Source of the DNA: Octopus vulgaris
Taxonomy: Eukaryota
Direction of reading: 5' to 3'
Assembly: GCA_951406725.2 (NCBI GenBank)
Contig: OX597814.1
Coordinates: forward strand, 140,120,001 to 140,184,000
Length of the DNA: 64,000 nucleotides
Position numbers and translations under genes: made by a program. The notes under the pieces are model-generated. The model was given only the letters and a program-made list of their open reading frames with translations. It did not search any database and was not told the DNA's origin. Shown here in pieces: positions 26,358 to 39,605 of this stretch; the first letter of the stretch is position 1, and every line of letters begins with the position of its first letter.

Positions 26358-28764
26358 AATGAAAGAATGGTCACAACTAGACTTAGTAAGAAAAAGTATA
26401 TATATAAAATTTCCAAAATATTAATGTAGACACAGGAATTTTAAAATAGGAATGTTTGGAAATATTATGGTATCAGTAATATAACAATTATTCGTTTTAT
26501 GGACAAAATTTTAAAATTAATGGTATCAAGAGAAATGTTTCGTTCTCTTAATTTTAATTAAACAAGCTTATATTAAACTATAATACAATAAAACCAGATA
26601 TTCCCAAAGGCTGATTGATAAAGGTAAATAAAACTGCTATAGAACTGCTTTATTGCTCTTGTAGAAACTTTGGCAAACATGAACAGTTTTAGTATTTTGC
26701 TGATTGCTTTACTAGAAGTGCATAAAAGAAAAATAAATTATCCCTCCTCTCTTACCATAACAGAATTTTTTTCTCGACAGTAACTGCTGTGAATTTGCCT
26801 TTAAATGTGTAACAAACATATTTTAGTTAAACTAAAGTTCATCTCCCCTAGTTATTTCAAGAAAAAAAAAAGGGTGGAAAACACAAGGTGTACAGTATTT
26901 TTTATATAGTTTATGAAGATATTTCATTTGTTTTTCTCCAATCTTGTACATAACTTATTATTGTTATTGTTATTATTAATTGTAATAATAATAATATCAT
27001 TATTATTAATATTATTATTATCATTAGAAAATTTTAGAATTTTCATAGTATATCAAAATTTCTATACACTGGTCTTTTCTCTTTTCATAGACTTATCTAA
27101 TTCTTTCATACTGTGTTCTAAATTCTTTTTTCTTCCAATGCATTCCACTGGAACTTCATTCTTTTAATATTTTCCTGCCATAAACTAATCTTAAACTGTT
27201 TTAAAATTAACAGCTGTGGCCTAATTAATTTATTCTTATGATTTGGCATGGTTTTCTATGGAAGGGAATACAGCCGTAGAAAACCCTGCCAAATCAGACT
27301 GGAGTCTGGTGCAGCCTTCCAGCTTACCAGTCCTGGTCAAACCGTCCATCCCATGCCAGCATGGACAACAGACATTAAATAATGATGATGATCCATAATA
27401 GAAGAGCCTAAAAAAGTATAAAGATTCTATTCTTCAACTGCTGACAAGAAAACCGTGGTTTATAAACATATTCTATCTATTACTTATTTCATAACTTTAT
27501 TTTATAGTTCTTTCCATTTTTCCTGAAATTATGTCACAGTTTACAGAAAAAAATCTGAATAATCATCTAAAATTGTTTTTGCTATCATCAACTTTGTCCT
27601 CTTGTATTAAAATCAGTCAATATCTCTTCAAAATTCATTTGCGAATGTTGTAGATTGCCAAATCATCTGAGATTCTAATCCTGAGTTTTCAAGAGTTAAG
27701 TACCACTGCCTAAACATGTGCAATTACTGAAATTAAAATGTCATGTCCAATAAACTTTTACTAAAATTATTCTCATTGCTTTCTTTTTCTGAGTATTTTG
27801 ACGAACCTTTATTTTACATCAATCTAAAGATTCACATATGACTTTAGTGAATTTTGTAAACTTCATGCCATGTCTTCAAATTTAAATCTTCTTTTATTGA
27901 AATATCCTTTTTGAGAACAGTTTGCTTTTTAAGGGGGGATTTAAATTGAATATTTGTATCAGCATTTCATCAATTGTTGTTTTCTCAAATGATTTTGTTC
28001 ATTTTAATATGAAATTCAACATTTTAGCAGGCTCTGATTAATGAAAAATGTTATGGGAGTACTATTTAATTAAACTCTTGTTAAATTCAACCATCAGAAA
28101 ATCAAAACTTTTTCAATTTTTTATATTTATTTTTATTATTCATCACAAATATCATTTTTCAAAACTTTACCCAGAAAACTGCTTGAAAATATATTGCACA
28201 AAAACTACCAATATTTACTATAAATTTTAAGAAATTACTGTATGAATTACTGGTAATTTGATAATATCTCTCTACTTATCTTTTCTTTCTTACCCTTTTT
28301 TTATATTTCTAAAGTTGGTTTTGGAAATAGTTTGTAATTGTAAAACATTAGCCACTCTTCTTACTAGATTTAATTATAGTATTTTCTTTAAGCAATATGA
28401 ATAATTTTTAACGATCCAAATAAATTTTTTTTAATAGTGATTTTAACATCACAAACAGGATTAACAACATCAGCAGTACAAGTTAACTAAGGAATTGCTA
28501 TTTACTTATAAAACCTTATTTCGAAAAATTTAGCTACGCTTTTAACATGTTTATTGCATATTTTACCTCGTAGATTTTAGTTCAGTAAACTGCTTTAAAG
28601 ATTAAAATGACTAAGTCTTTGAATGTCATCTTCACACAATAAAAGGTAATAGTTACAACAGAAAATTCAGTCATTTGGTCTGTAAAGTAGGTGTACTTAT
28701 GCAGAACTAACTATGGTTATTTGACAAGAATATTGATTTCTAACATTGTTTAACAAGAATACTA

Positions 28765-29045
28765 TCGTTGCCAGTGCCGCCTGACTGGCTCCCATGCTGG
28801 TGGCACATAAAAAGCACCATTCAAGCATGGCCAATGCCAGTACTGCCTGACTGGCCCTCTTGCCAGTGGCACATAAAAAACACCCACTACACTCTCAGAG
28901 TGATTGGTGTTAGGAAGGGCATCCACTATAGAAACCATGCCAGATCAGATTGGAGCCTGGTACAGCCTTCTGACTTGCCAATCCTCAGTCAAACTGCCCA
29001 ATCCATGCCGGTATGGAAAGCGGACATTAAATGATGATGTTGATA
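28765..29045 (+). mobile_element. RTE-related (GAT)n-tailed SINE with internal tandem units
   Basis: Two units of gccagt..ctgactggc..tggcacataaaa, then ggaagggcatcc ... ggaaagcggacattaaatgatgat. Near-identical to 62090-62405. Confidence 0.8.
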
Positions 29046-29734
29046 ACTATCAACAACAACAGCAACTCTACAATTCTAGAAGGAGCCTCTACATGGTTGC
29101 TTGCCTGCTTGAAATAGCATCCAAATCTTTCAAATCACACCTGACCTAAAACAATAACAAAAAACATTAGATGTAGTCCTACATACACCTAAAAATGATA
29201 GCATGGGCCAGCCACAAACAGGGTTTCGAATAAGCACTAATCACTTTAATAACCAGATTCACAGACATTTTTCTCTACCCTATATTGAAGGGCAAAAACC
29301 AGAAACAGACATTCCATTCCTCACAGCAATGAACATTTTGATATTCTCTGAACTTAGATTAATTGTTGCCAATGCAAACTTTACTTAATTTTTTCAGATT
29401 CCAGGCTTTACATTGAGTAATGTACAAGCTGAATGACCAATGGTTCTTATCTTCCCATCTGTGCAACATTATATCCATAGTCAAAACATTATATTTCTAA
29501 TAGCTGAGTCCATTAACCCTCTCAGACCTGGGCCCCTGTGTCTAACTTTCACCTCCACCTGGGCTCTTGAGCAAAAGAAAAATAATAGTTACATATAAAG
29601 TTCACGAGTAATGATTGCAGGCAAACTAATGGGCAGAATTAGCTGCATCTTCTTTTTCTATGTTATTTATTACTGCTTTACTGAGAATCTTGCAGAGATT
29701 ATGTTTAACCTATTCCCTCTAAAGTGGGAACATG

Positions 29735-30021
29735 TTCCTTCTCGAGCCATGCCTGGCTCATTCCCCGGTTTCCTTGGCGTATAGGTTCCCCACCTGGACG
29801 GAATGCCGGTCCGTCACAGGTGAACTGCTAGATGCAGGAGGAAAGAGTAAGAGAAAGTTGTGGCGAAAGAGTCAGCAGAAGTTTGCCATTACCTTCTGCC
29901 GGAGCCATGTGGAGCTTAGGTGTTTCGCTCATAAACACACACATTGCCCGTTCTGAGGTTCGAACCTGCGATCCCTTAACCGCGAGTCCACTGCTCTAAC
30001 CACTAGGCCATGTGCTTCCAC
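29735..30021 (-). mobile_element. Intact tRNA-derived SINE with a 14-bp target-site duplication
   Basis: AAAGTGGGAACATG at 29721-29734 and 30022-30035. On minus: A box TGGCCTAGTGG, B box GGTTCGAACC. Confidence 0.9.
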
Positions 30022-31861
30022 AAAGTGGGAACATGGCATTACAGAATTAAGCTCTAAGTAGGTTATGCCAGTTGCCAAATGACCCATTGGGTTGCAATGC
30101 TGAGTTTAATTCTTCCTGTTGCATAAGCTACTGGCTTATGTCAATGTCCTAAATTGTAGGATATTTATCTTTCATCTGCTTAACACTATAAACACTGTCC
30201 ACAAATATCAGTTCCATGAATCATTTTAATTTAAAAAAGGAACTTTGGATATTGGAGTCACTACAAACACTAGAACAAGTCTAATTAATTAAACAAACAA
30301 GAAAGTATGTAAAAATCTCAGTTGCTATAAGTATTACCTGTTGTTCAATTAGCTACTTGTCAAACTCTGCTTGATCAAAGCTAATTGAGGCTAAATAAAT
30401 GGTCAATCAATTGTTATTATTCAGTGACACACATTTGTAGCCAAGACACTGGCTCTTTTGGTTTTGTTTGTATCACATTTCTGCCTTATGTAAATGAATC
30501 ATGCTAAGCACAATAGTATTTACACTTTAAATAACAGCTCTCCACGTCACCACCTTAGGAATCATTGTTAATCAATTCCTGAGAAGTTGAAAAGACTGAA
30601 AACCCCTTGAGTTCAATTCTCATTCCAAGCAACCAAAAAGGAAAATTCTATGGTTTAATTATGGGGGCCTAATTTCATAGTGAGATTAAATACACAAAGA
30701 TATGACTCCTTATATTCAATATAATTTCATCCATTGCAGCTTCTTCTTCAATAGTTAGAGACCTTGTTGATCAAAAAGATTAAATATCCTGTTATGTTAT
30801 GAAAAGATTCTGAATTCAAGAGATTCAATATTTAAAAGGTTTTATATTCCAAAGATTCAAGCTAATTCAACTGACCATGTGGAAATAATTTAACTTGTAG
30901 AAAACACTTTATATTTTGTTGTGTTTTAGCCCTAGATTATTCCATATTGAGCAGGCCTATAATCATAAGAACTCTAGTTCTAATCATACTTTCTTTTGAA
31001 ATATACATCATTCCAACCTGTTCTTCACTTTTTTAATTTATTTTTTAAACTGATTGGATGTGATATTGAGGGAAATTTGGTTGCTATTTCTAGCAAGCTG
31101 AGTGATCATTTAATGGCTCCCTGATTGTTTATGTTGTTTACTCCTGATCAACCTTGATAAAACAGACGCATAATAAAAACATTAAGGCCATGACCATCCC
31201 ATTTTGTTCTCCAGGACTTGGTCGTCCCCATGTGTCCCTTATTTTTAAGACACTGATATGTGTAATTTTGAAAGAGATTTGGCTGCTATTTCTGAAAAGT
31301 GGGTGATGCGGTAGAAATCCCCTCATTGTTGTTATCAGTATTCCAAGACTCTCTCAGTGTTGTTATTGGTAATCCTTGATTATTTTGCACTCCAACAACA
31401 AGCTGCAAGGTCACAAATATTTGCCCTTCTAAACAGAATTGTTTTTATATAATATGTTACATCAATGATAATGGTGAAGGTGACTATAAGTTACTGATAT
31501 ACAGCTAACCTTGAACTAATTTTCTTTCTCTAAACACACAAATATTGATCATTTTCAAATCTAAAACTGTCTTGTATGCTTTTTATAAAGCAAAATAAAC
31601 CAGAGAAGTGATTCTGGAAACTCCGAGTGTTGAGTTTCATTGCTTGCATAACGAACAATTGATTTTTTTTTTTTAAATAATCAATCTTGAATAAATGGAA
31701 GATTTACACTTTTCCTCAGAGACCTATCTAATTCTGTTGGTGTTATTTCTTCAACATTCAGAAGGTTTTGATTTCTTTTTTTCTTTAACTCTGTTATTCG
31801 TTGCAAAATCTGTCTTGTGTCCCTAGTGTGCTTGTGAAATAGCTTTCATTATCATTTAAAC

Positions 31862-32567
31862 CAGTGGTCCTCAACCAGGTTCCATATGGCCCTTGGGGGT
31901 CCATATGGTCCTTGGGGCTCCATATGGCCCTTAGGGGTCCATATAAGATTTTGTTAAAATACATCTGCAATAAATTGGTCATACTTTTACAATAAATGCA
32001 GGAGTGGTTGTGTGATAAGAAGCTTGTTTCCCAAGCACATAGTTCCGGGTTCAGTCCCACTGCGTGGCACCTTGGATAAGTGTCTACTACAGCCTTGGGC
32101 TGACCAAAGCCTTGTGAGTGGATTTGGTAGGCGGAAACTGAAAGAAGCCCATCATATATGTGTATATATATCTATGTGTGTGTGTCTTTGTCCTGTGTTT
32201 GTCCCCCCCCCCCCCCATCACTGCTAGACAACCAGTGTTGGTCTGTTTATATCCCTCTAACTTAGCAGTTCAGCAAATCAGACTGATAAAATAAATACCA
32301 GACTTTAAAAAAAATTTAGTGCTGGGGTCGATTCATACAACTAAAAATTTAAGGTGGCACCCCAGCATGGCTGCAGTCTAATGACTGAAACAAATAAAAG
32401 ATAAGATAAATACACAAAATACTTTAACAATTTCTTTTATACAATTCCTAATAATATTTGATTTTAAAAATATATAATTTTTTAAAACATTGAATGGCTA
32501 GGGGGATCCATCTAAGTAACCTAGGCATCAAAGGTGTCCTTCAGTAAAAAGTAGTTAAGAAACGCTG
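31862..32567. mobile_element. hAT/Charlie-like MITE containing a nested SINE
   Basis: TIRs CAGTGGTCCTCAACC ... AGTTAAGAAACGCTG. 8-bp TSD ATTTAAAC/ATTTAAAG. Three 20-bp subterminal repeats of the tccatatggcccttgggggt type. Confidence 0.8.
31997..32410 (+). mobile_element. Full-length tRNA-derived SINE (family of 3226-3608)
   Basis: gcaggagtggttgtgtgataag ... gggttcagtcccactgcgtggcaccttgg ... gactgaaacaaataaaagataag. Confidence 0.85.
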
Positions 32568-34019
32568 ATTTAAAGATAGTCTATAGTAAATATGAAAACA
32601 TTGTAGCCTGATCTCGCTATATTGTCTTTTAGTTATAACTACATTTGATATCATACTGAAAAGGTTCAGTTTAGTTTCTTTTAACCATTTACCTATCCTG
32701 TGTGTCACGTGATAAATAGGACATATTTATCTGGTGTCCATGCATTATATAATACACATTCCCAATTTTGTTTTTCCACCATCAGAGTAACCTGGAGGGA
32801 AAGCTTTATATTGCACAGGGCAGGCTAAAAGTTCAAAAGCAAACATGGATATTTAGGGCACACTTATGAAAATGCATTGTATAGTCAAAGAGGCAAATTT
32901 TACATTACTAATCAGTTTTTTTTTTTTAACCAAAAGATTTTTTTTTAATTATCTAGAAATGCTTCAAATCATAAATTTGTGGTATTATGTTGATGGCATT
33001 TTCATATAGAAATTCTTCTAAATATAGAAAATTTTATTCAGAATATATATTTTTATTATTATAAAAATTGAAAATATTTTAAGCAAAACAGTTTTTGTTG
33101 TTTTTTATTTATTTTTTTTACTACATTTGTAATCATCCATTTTTACAAAAACAGCAACTAGTTATGGTAAGATGTTGGTTAGTTAAGCTACCAACAAAAC
33201 TAAAATAAAAAAGAGAAATAAAAAATCATTCTGCTGATATTTGTCCAGTTTATGCAATAATGGAAATACATAAGATGATGAGGTTGACGCTGATGCTGAA
33301 AAATATAATGAGATTTAATGGTTTGGTGATGTTAGTCATTATTATTAATGTTAAAAATTATTATTGGCTACCTGACTTCTTAAAGAGGTACTACATTGCT
33401 CTGTCACAAAATTCAAAAGAGACTTTATAGCATTATTTAACAGCTCAGTGTTGAGTAAAAAAAAACCATCATTCTCATCATCATCACCATTGTTCTTACA
33501 TCTACTTTCCATGCTGGCATGGGTTGGGAGGATCACAATAGTCTAAGTCAGTATAGTGACTCCTAATAAGAACTGACTTAAACTGTGACAGCCCTTCCAA
33601 CTCACGCCAGGATGGAAAGTAGGTGTTAAAACAATGGTGATGGTGATGAGAATAGGATTGATGGATGGAGGTGACCAATAACGCATGGGGGTGAAGAGCA
33701 GTAGAACAGTAAAGAGGATGCAATAGGGGAAGAGAGAGACAACATATAGTTGGGTAAGTAGCAAGAGTGCAGAGGGAGGAAGAGAGAGGCAGCATAGTGC
33801 TTTGGAAGAGTGGGAGGTGTATGGTGGTGAAGAAGGAGAGATAATTTGGTGGCTTAAGGGTGTGATCAATGTAAAATATGAGTGGAGGACAGTATTGAGG
33901 ATAAGGGATGTATACCAAGTGAAATGATTCTGGATAGTAAGAAAGATTAGTGGTATCAAGGAAAAGCTAGGGTCAGAGAGTGAAGGACCCTGTTGTGCAT
34001 ATACATACCCATACATTGC

Positions 34020-34315
34020 TTTCAGAACTTAATTTCATCAAGTTGGATAGGTCTTTTCAAGAACTGCATGTTGCCAGTCATCTCAGTTCCCTTGACATCT
34101 TCTCCATGAGGTTCAAAGTCCTGTGATCAGCCTTCCCCACTATGTCCCATGTCTTTTGGGCCTCCTTCTGTAAGGTTCAACCATATTAAGTGGTCAGCAT
34201 TTCTTTATACCGCTGTCCTCATCCACAAGCATCACATGTCCATACCAGCACCATCTTCTTTCTTACACAATACATCTGATTCCTCTTATGCCTAGTTTTT
34301 CTCTCAACCTATTTG
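34020..34315 (-). mobile_element. RTE LINE C-terminal fragment
   Basis: Minus strand reads WYGHVMLVDEDS (RWxGHV motif, ~34210-34250). Confidence 0.6.
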
Positions 34316-36495
34316 TAATCTAACCAAATTTGAATGGTTGTGCATGTTACAAAAAAATGTAATGACAAAAGCTGCAACAAAGAAATGCCCCCATTTTTTA
34401 TTCAAACATTTCATTTTGAGGTTTGATGTCAAAACGTCATGGAATGACTTTATGAATGACCCCCTTAAAAATATGTTTCAAAAGGCTGCTATCTAAAAAA
34501 AAATGTAACAGGTTTTTATCTGTTAACCATTGTGTAGAACATTTGTCATAATATCAGCATAAAAGCATAAAAGATTTTACATGGAATCTGTTTTCTCTGA
34601 TAACCATGAACTAGTGGGGGGAAAAAATCTCAGTTCTGATGTGAAACTTGCAATTTGTACCCATCTATTCTAAACTCCTATTTCAATGAATATATAATAA
34701 CTATATCCTTTATATTACCTGCTTTCTTGTTCTATACCTGTAAAATGGAGATTAAATATCTAGAGCCACTTAAAGCTATGATCATTTTCTTTACCTTCTA
34801 TCAAGATTTTTCTTTTTTACTGTTTCCTACCATTCTTTCAATGCATTCCATCTTGTGTTCTTTTCTTCTCTCTCTCTCTCTTATTCAGAAATTCATTTCT
34901 CTGGCCAAATTTATTTTGCTTCTATATCATTCCATTATTGTTGACGCTATTGTTCTTCTTATTTAGCTTCTTTTTTTTTTTCTTCCTTTCTCTCTTTCTT
35001 TCCTTCTTTCTTCCTTTCTTTCTGTTTATATCTATGCTTCCTCCTTACTGTCAATAGCCATGTAAATCTGTTCTGAAAATTATTAGGTAATTTTCATAGG
35101 TGAAGAATACAAATCTTGCTGATTATCTGTGTCTTTTCCTTCGAAACAAAAGATTTCTTCACATCTGTTAACAGATTAAACCAATTCAGTTGCAACAAAG
35201 TTGAATTAATGCATTTTGTTGCCAATCTTGATGCAAGTAATTACTTCACATCATGTGTTAACCAAAAATTTCTAATTCTATTATTGCAACAAAGGAGAGA
35301 TAATTGCATTTTCTTTTTCCTAACAGTATAGTTAATAAATATCAATTAGATATTTATCAGAGTTAGTTTGACATTTTTCTTTTCTTTTTAAGCTCTTGCC
35401 ATTGTTATTTATCATATTTCAAGTATTTTTTCTATACAAACCTATCTTTTATATAAATAATAGTTAGCATCAGAAATTAATACATTATTTCTACTACAAG
35501 TTAAAATGATATTTGTTAACAAAATTGCTTATTAAAACCATTTTCAGTTACTATCTTTAACTCGATCACTTTAACAATTGTAATTAATATCATTCTGACA
35601 ATCATAATTAATAAAAGAAAATACATCATTAGCCATCTTTATATTAATGCTATGGAGCATTTCAGATGGTAATTTACATTTTATTAGAATCTTGCTTTTG
35701 TTTCTGGAGAATTATCAACTAATCTACCATAGTGTAAGCTAAGGATATACAGATGAATAAAGTTCAGTGTTTGTGTGCTGTTTAGTTTCTTAGCTTCACA
35801 AAAGAAATTGAAATTAACAAACTATATTCTGTAAGGAAATCAGAGAATTTTCAGTTTGTATTTTATCAGGGATAAAATATTAGATTCATAATCAACTTAA
35901 TTAGCTTTCCTCCAGATAAGAGGCCTCTTTATTCATGTCGATATCTTCCTGTCTGTGTTTACATTTAGATTATATATATATATATATATATATAGATGTG
36001 TGTGTGTGTAAAATTTCAAAGTTCATTCTGTAGAATATATACCTAGACACGATAATTCATTATACTTCAAAGATTTATTTAGCTTCTTTAATAGGGATTA
36101 AAAAGATACAAATTTAAGTAACTATAAAATGTTTCTGTGGTTTTTAACCCTTTCATGACAATACTTTTGATGAAATACTCTACTGATGTACTTCAATTAG
36201 TTTTGAAAATAATTAAGAATTTGGAAAGATTTAGAAGCATAAATAAATTTTTCATTATTAAGTTGGTTTTTGGAAGATAGTTTTATAAAAAGGACTTAAA
36301 TATAATAATGATGAAGTATTTTAATTTAAATACAAATACTTCAGAACAACAAGTTTTATATCATAGAATCAGGGGCTGTCTCATGTAGATTAGTATCAAA
36401 AGAATTAAGTTATTTTCCATTTACCCTACTTAATTTTACAATTATTGATATATCCCTTTTGGAAATAGTTACCAGTCCTTGAGACTACATTTGAG

Positions 36496-36527
36496 TCTCT
36501 CTCTCTCTCACTCACTCACACACTCTC

Positions 36528-36618
<91 letters not shown>
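36496..36618. repeat. Compound (CT)n/(TA)n microsatellite
   Basis: Read directly from the sequence. Confidence 0.95.
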
Positions 36619-36622
<4 letters not shown>

Positions 36623-36624
36623 AA

Positions 36625-36930
36625 TCTCCTTTTCCAGCATGGTTCTAGCCTAATTCTGAAATCACTAACTAGTAGCCTATGCTGGGGTGTATACTCTTCA
36701 CCTGGGAAAGACTTTGCATCTGTGAGCATCTGCCTGTCTCCTTGCTGGTGAGGAGATAATCAACCTGGCTTATATTCTCACCAGACTGACAAGTAATTAG
36801 GTGGATAGCTGGCTTTCTAAAGTTATTGTTGCAAATCATTATATTATCTTCATGGTGTTTGATCATTGGCACTATGAGATTCATTTTCATTTTGCCTTGA
36901 CATTTCTGTATTTCTTATTATATCTCTTTT
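36625..36930 (-). mobile_element. RTE LINE AP-endonuclease fragment
   Basis: ORF 36669-36890, ICNNNFRKPAIHLITCQSGENISQVDYLL, resembles the RTE endonuclease NTxF..T..S.IDY motif. Confidence 0.6.
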
Positions 36931-37347
36931 TCAGCAATCCATATCAAACATACTTATTTTTAACTACTACAGTACAAAAACAATATAGGTCATAAATAAA
37001 TATGTATACAGTCATATTTCTATGTTTAATAAACATATATATGTTTAATATATTTAATAAGCATATAATTTATTTAATAAATATATAGTTAATAAACATA
37101 TAGTCTCACTGTGAACAGAAACCTATTTGGACCTTTGCAATAACCCGGGTTCATTAACTTTCCCAAACTACTGATGATAGTGGTTTGAAGGGTAGTTATT
37201 AAAATGATTTGTTATTGGTTTTTGATTGAAATGAGAAACAGCTATTTCCCAGGGGAATTTATTAAAATGGATATGACTCTGTGGTGAGGTATGTATTGGT
37301 ACAAGGTTGTCAGCCAAACAACTACAAGAATACCAATATCATGCGAG

Positions 37348-37552
37348 TTTCAAATTTTGACACAAGGCCGGCAATTTTGAAGAAGGGGACTAAATTAATT
37401 CCATCAACCTCAGTGCTCAACTGGTACTTATTTTATTGACCCTGGATGAATGGAAAGCAATGATAACCCTGATGGAATTTAAGCTCAGAACATAAAGACA
37501 AATGAAATGCTGCTAAGGATTTTGCTTGGTGTGCTAGCGATTATGCCAGCTT
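37348..37552 (-). mobile_element. SINE of another family, with ~17-bp flanking direct repeats
   Basis: Flanked by ccaatatcatgcgagtt and ccaataccatgtgagtt. Homologous to 48735-48925 (+) and 63660-63885 (-). Confidence 0.7.
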
Positions 37553-37594
37553 CCAATACCATGTGAGTTATGAATAAATAAGATGGAGGAACAT

Positions 37595-38146
37595 CAGAGC
37601 TGGATTCAGACCCATAGAAACCCTAAGCACTTAAAAAGTTTTAGTACCCCCACATGTATGTAATCCAGAATATAAACAATAATAAACCATAAAATAATTT
37701 TTTATTTTTCGAAATGAAACAAAAGATAGAAAAGAATATTTATTTTTGTATACTTCCACTTTATTTACATTTGAAAAGTTTTCTCCAACTTTAATTCCAA
37801 AGTCTTTGGACAGATCTTCAAAATTGATCTTACATAACGCATCTGCTTCTCTTCTTAGTAAAAATAAAGCATCCAGCCTGCCTTGTTGCATAGTTGTTTT
37901 GATGAGATTTTTAATATACTTCAACTGAGAAAACGAATGCTTAGCTGAGCAATTTGTGACCATTAATGTTAAAAATGTACAAAAGGTAATGTCTACATTT
38001 GGAAAGGCACCATCAATAATGTATAATTTAGCAAGTTTAAGACGATTTCTAATGTGCCATAAACTATTTACAACTTCTGTGGTGCCCACCCTTTCCTCAA
38101 TGCCCTAAGCACGTGCTTATTTTGCTTAAGGGTTAATTCAGTGCAG
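37595..38146 (-). mobile_element. Internally deleted hAT transposon retaining the C-terminal dimerization (hATC) domain
   Basis: ORF 37631-38089 contains FPNVDITFCTFLTLMVTNCSAKHSFSQLKYIKNLIKTTMQQGRLDAL. Termini CAGAGCTGGATT / AATTCAGTGCAG. 8-bp TSD AGGAACAT/AGGAATGT. Confidence 0.85.
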
Positions 38147-39044
38147 AGGAATGTTCATTCTAAACTGCCAAAAGGACCTCTGGGACAAGTTGTCAGTCAA
38201 ACAACTACTATAGTACTAATACAGTGTGAGTTATGAATAAATAAGTTGGGTGAATGTTCATTCTAAGCTGCCAAACAGAACCTTGGAGCCTGATTTCACA
38301 AGGAGACTAAATATGCAAAGATGTGATTTCATATATTATTTAATCATTTTTAACACAAACAAAACTCTTCTGAGTTTGATTATTCCTTATTGTTTCAGAT
38401 CAGCACAAAAAACTAAGTAAAATCTCGCCTTCACCATTCTTTATTTTCTCTTAGTTGAACTGATTCTCACCAAACGATATATTCAAACCTTTATTTCTTG
38501 TCTGATAATCTTATTAGTTTATATCACAATCAATGAAAATTGCCTAGTATTGATTACCATTACTGATTTATAATTTGATTTATTTTTCTTGCCCTTGGTT
38601 CTGGAAATAAACTTCGTTATGTGTTTATATCAAAATTGGAGTAGTATGTTTGTATTGAATGATATTTTCTTCTCTAATTAAACATTATCTTCCCATTGAA
38701 ATATGTTGGCTTCATTTCACTGTCTTCAATTTCATTTTCTTTGAATATCAGAAACCTAAACAGTTTGATAAATTGATAATAATGCACCAAGCCATATTTC
38801 TCTTAATTTATACTAGATTAAGAAATTCAATAAAGAAGCCACTAGTATACAGTTTATGTCATAAAAATCTCTGTTTGCCATTTATATTCTTACTCTACTC
38901 TCCATTTCTCAAATCTCTGATATCATTTGAATGAATTGGCATTTATTTTCTTCCATTTTTAATTGTTTCGTTTTTTTTACATAATCTTGCTGATGCCATT
39001 GTCATCAGTTAGTCCTTCTCTCTCTCTCTCTCACACACACACAC

Positions 39045-39090
<46 letters not shown>

Positions 39091-39099
<9 letters not shown>

Positions 39100-39525
39100 T
39101 AAAAAGAATTCCAACCTTGTCTGATTTTCACGTTTTATTTACAATCTTATAATGATATATTATAAGATAATATATTATAATTGAATAAAATAAAATGAAA
39201 TAGTAGAATGTTAAATATTCATTCTGATTGAACTAGTACTTTCATGCATTGAATTCTGCAATCTTCGGGTTCATGTAGTAGTGTTGACAGTCATGCTTCA
39301 CAATTTTTAAAAATTGTGAAGCATGACTGTCAACACTACTACATGAACCCGAAGATTGCAGAATTCAATGCATGAAAGTACTAGTTCAATCAGAATGAAT
39401 ATTTAACATTCTACTATTTCATTTTATTTTATTCAATTATAATATATTATCTTATAATATATCATTATAAGATTGTAAATAAAACGTGAAAATCAGACAA
39501 GGTTGGAATTCTTTTATTAATATAT
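39091..39525. repeat. Near-perfect loopless palindrome with ~217-bp arms, between (TA)n tracts
   Basis: Centre caattttt|aaaaattg at 39308/39309. By eye the arms are identical except for one A/T-run indel near the outer end. (TA)n at 39064-39095 and ~39553-39598. Confidence 0.97.
39344..39388 (+). ncRNA. Putative minimal type-I hammerhead ribozyme, U4C core variant (mirror copy on minus 39229-39273)
   Basis: TGAAC-CCGAAGA-t-TGCA(gaattcaa)TGCA-t-GAAA-gtac-T-A-GTTCA: 5-bp stem I, 4-bp stem II, palindromic AGTACT stem III, UA cleavage site. Confidence 0.6.
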
Positions 39526-39549
39526 TCTTCTATACACAATCACACACAC

Positions 39550-39605
<56 letters not shown>

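Noticed and set aside
33502-34016. Long minus-strand ORFs (138 and 157 aa)
   Set aside because: Purine/pyrimidine-skewed low-complexity DNA with no recognisable domain or splice structure.
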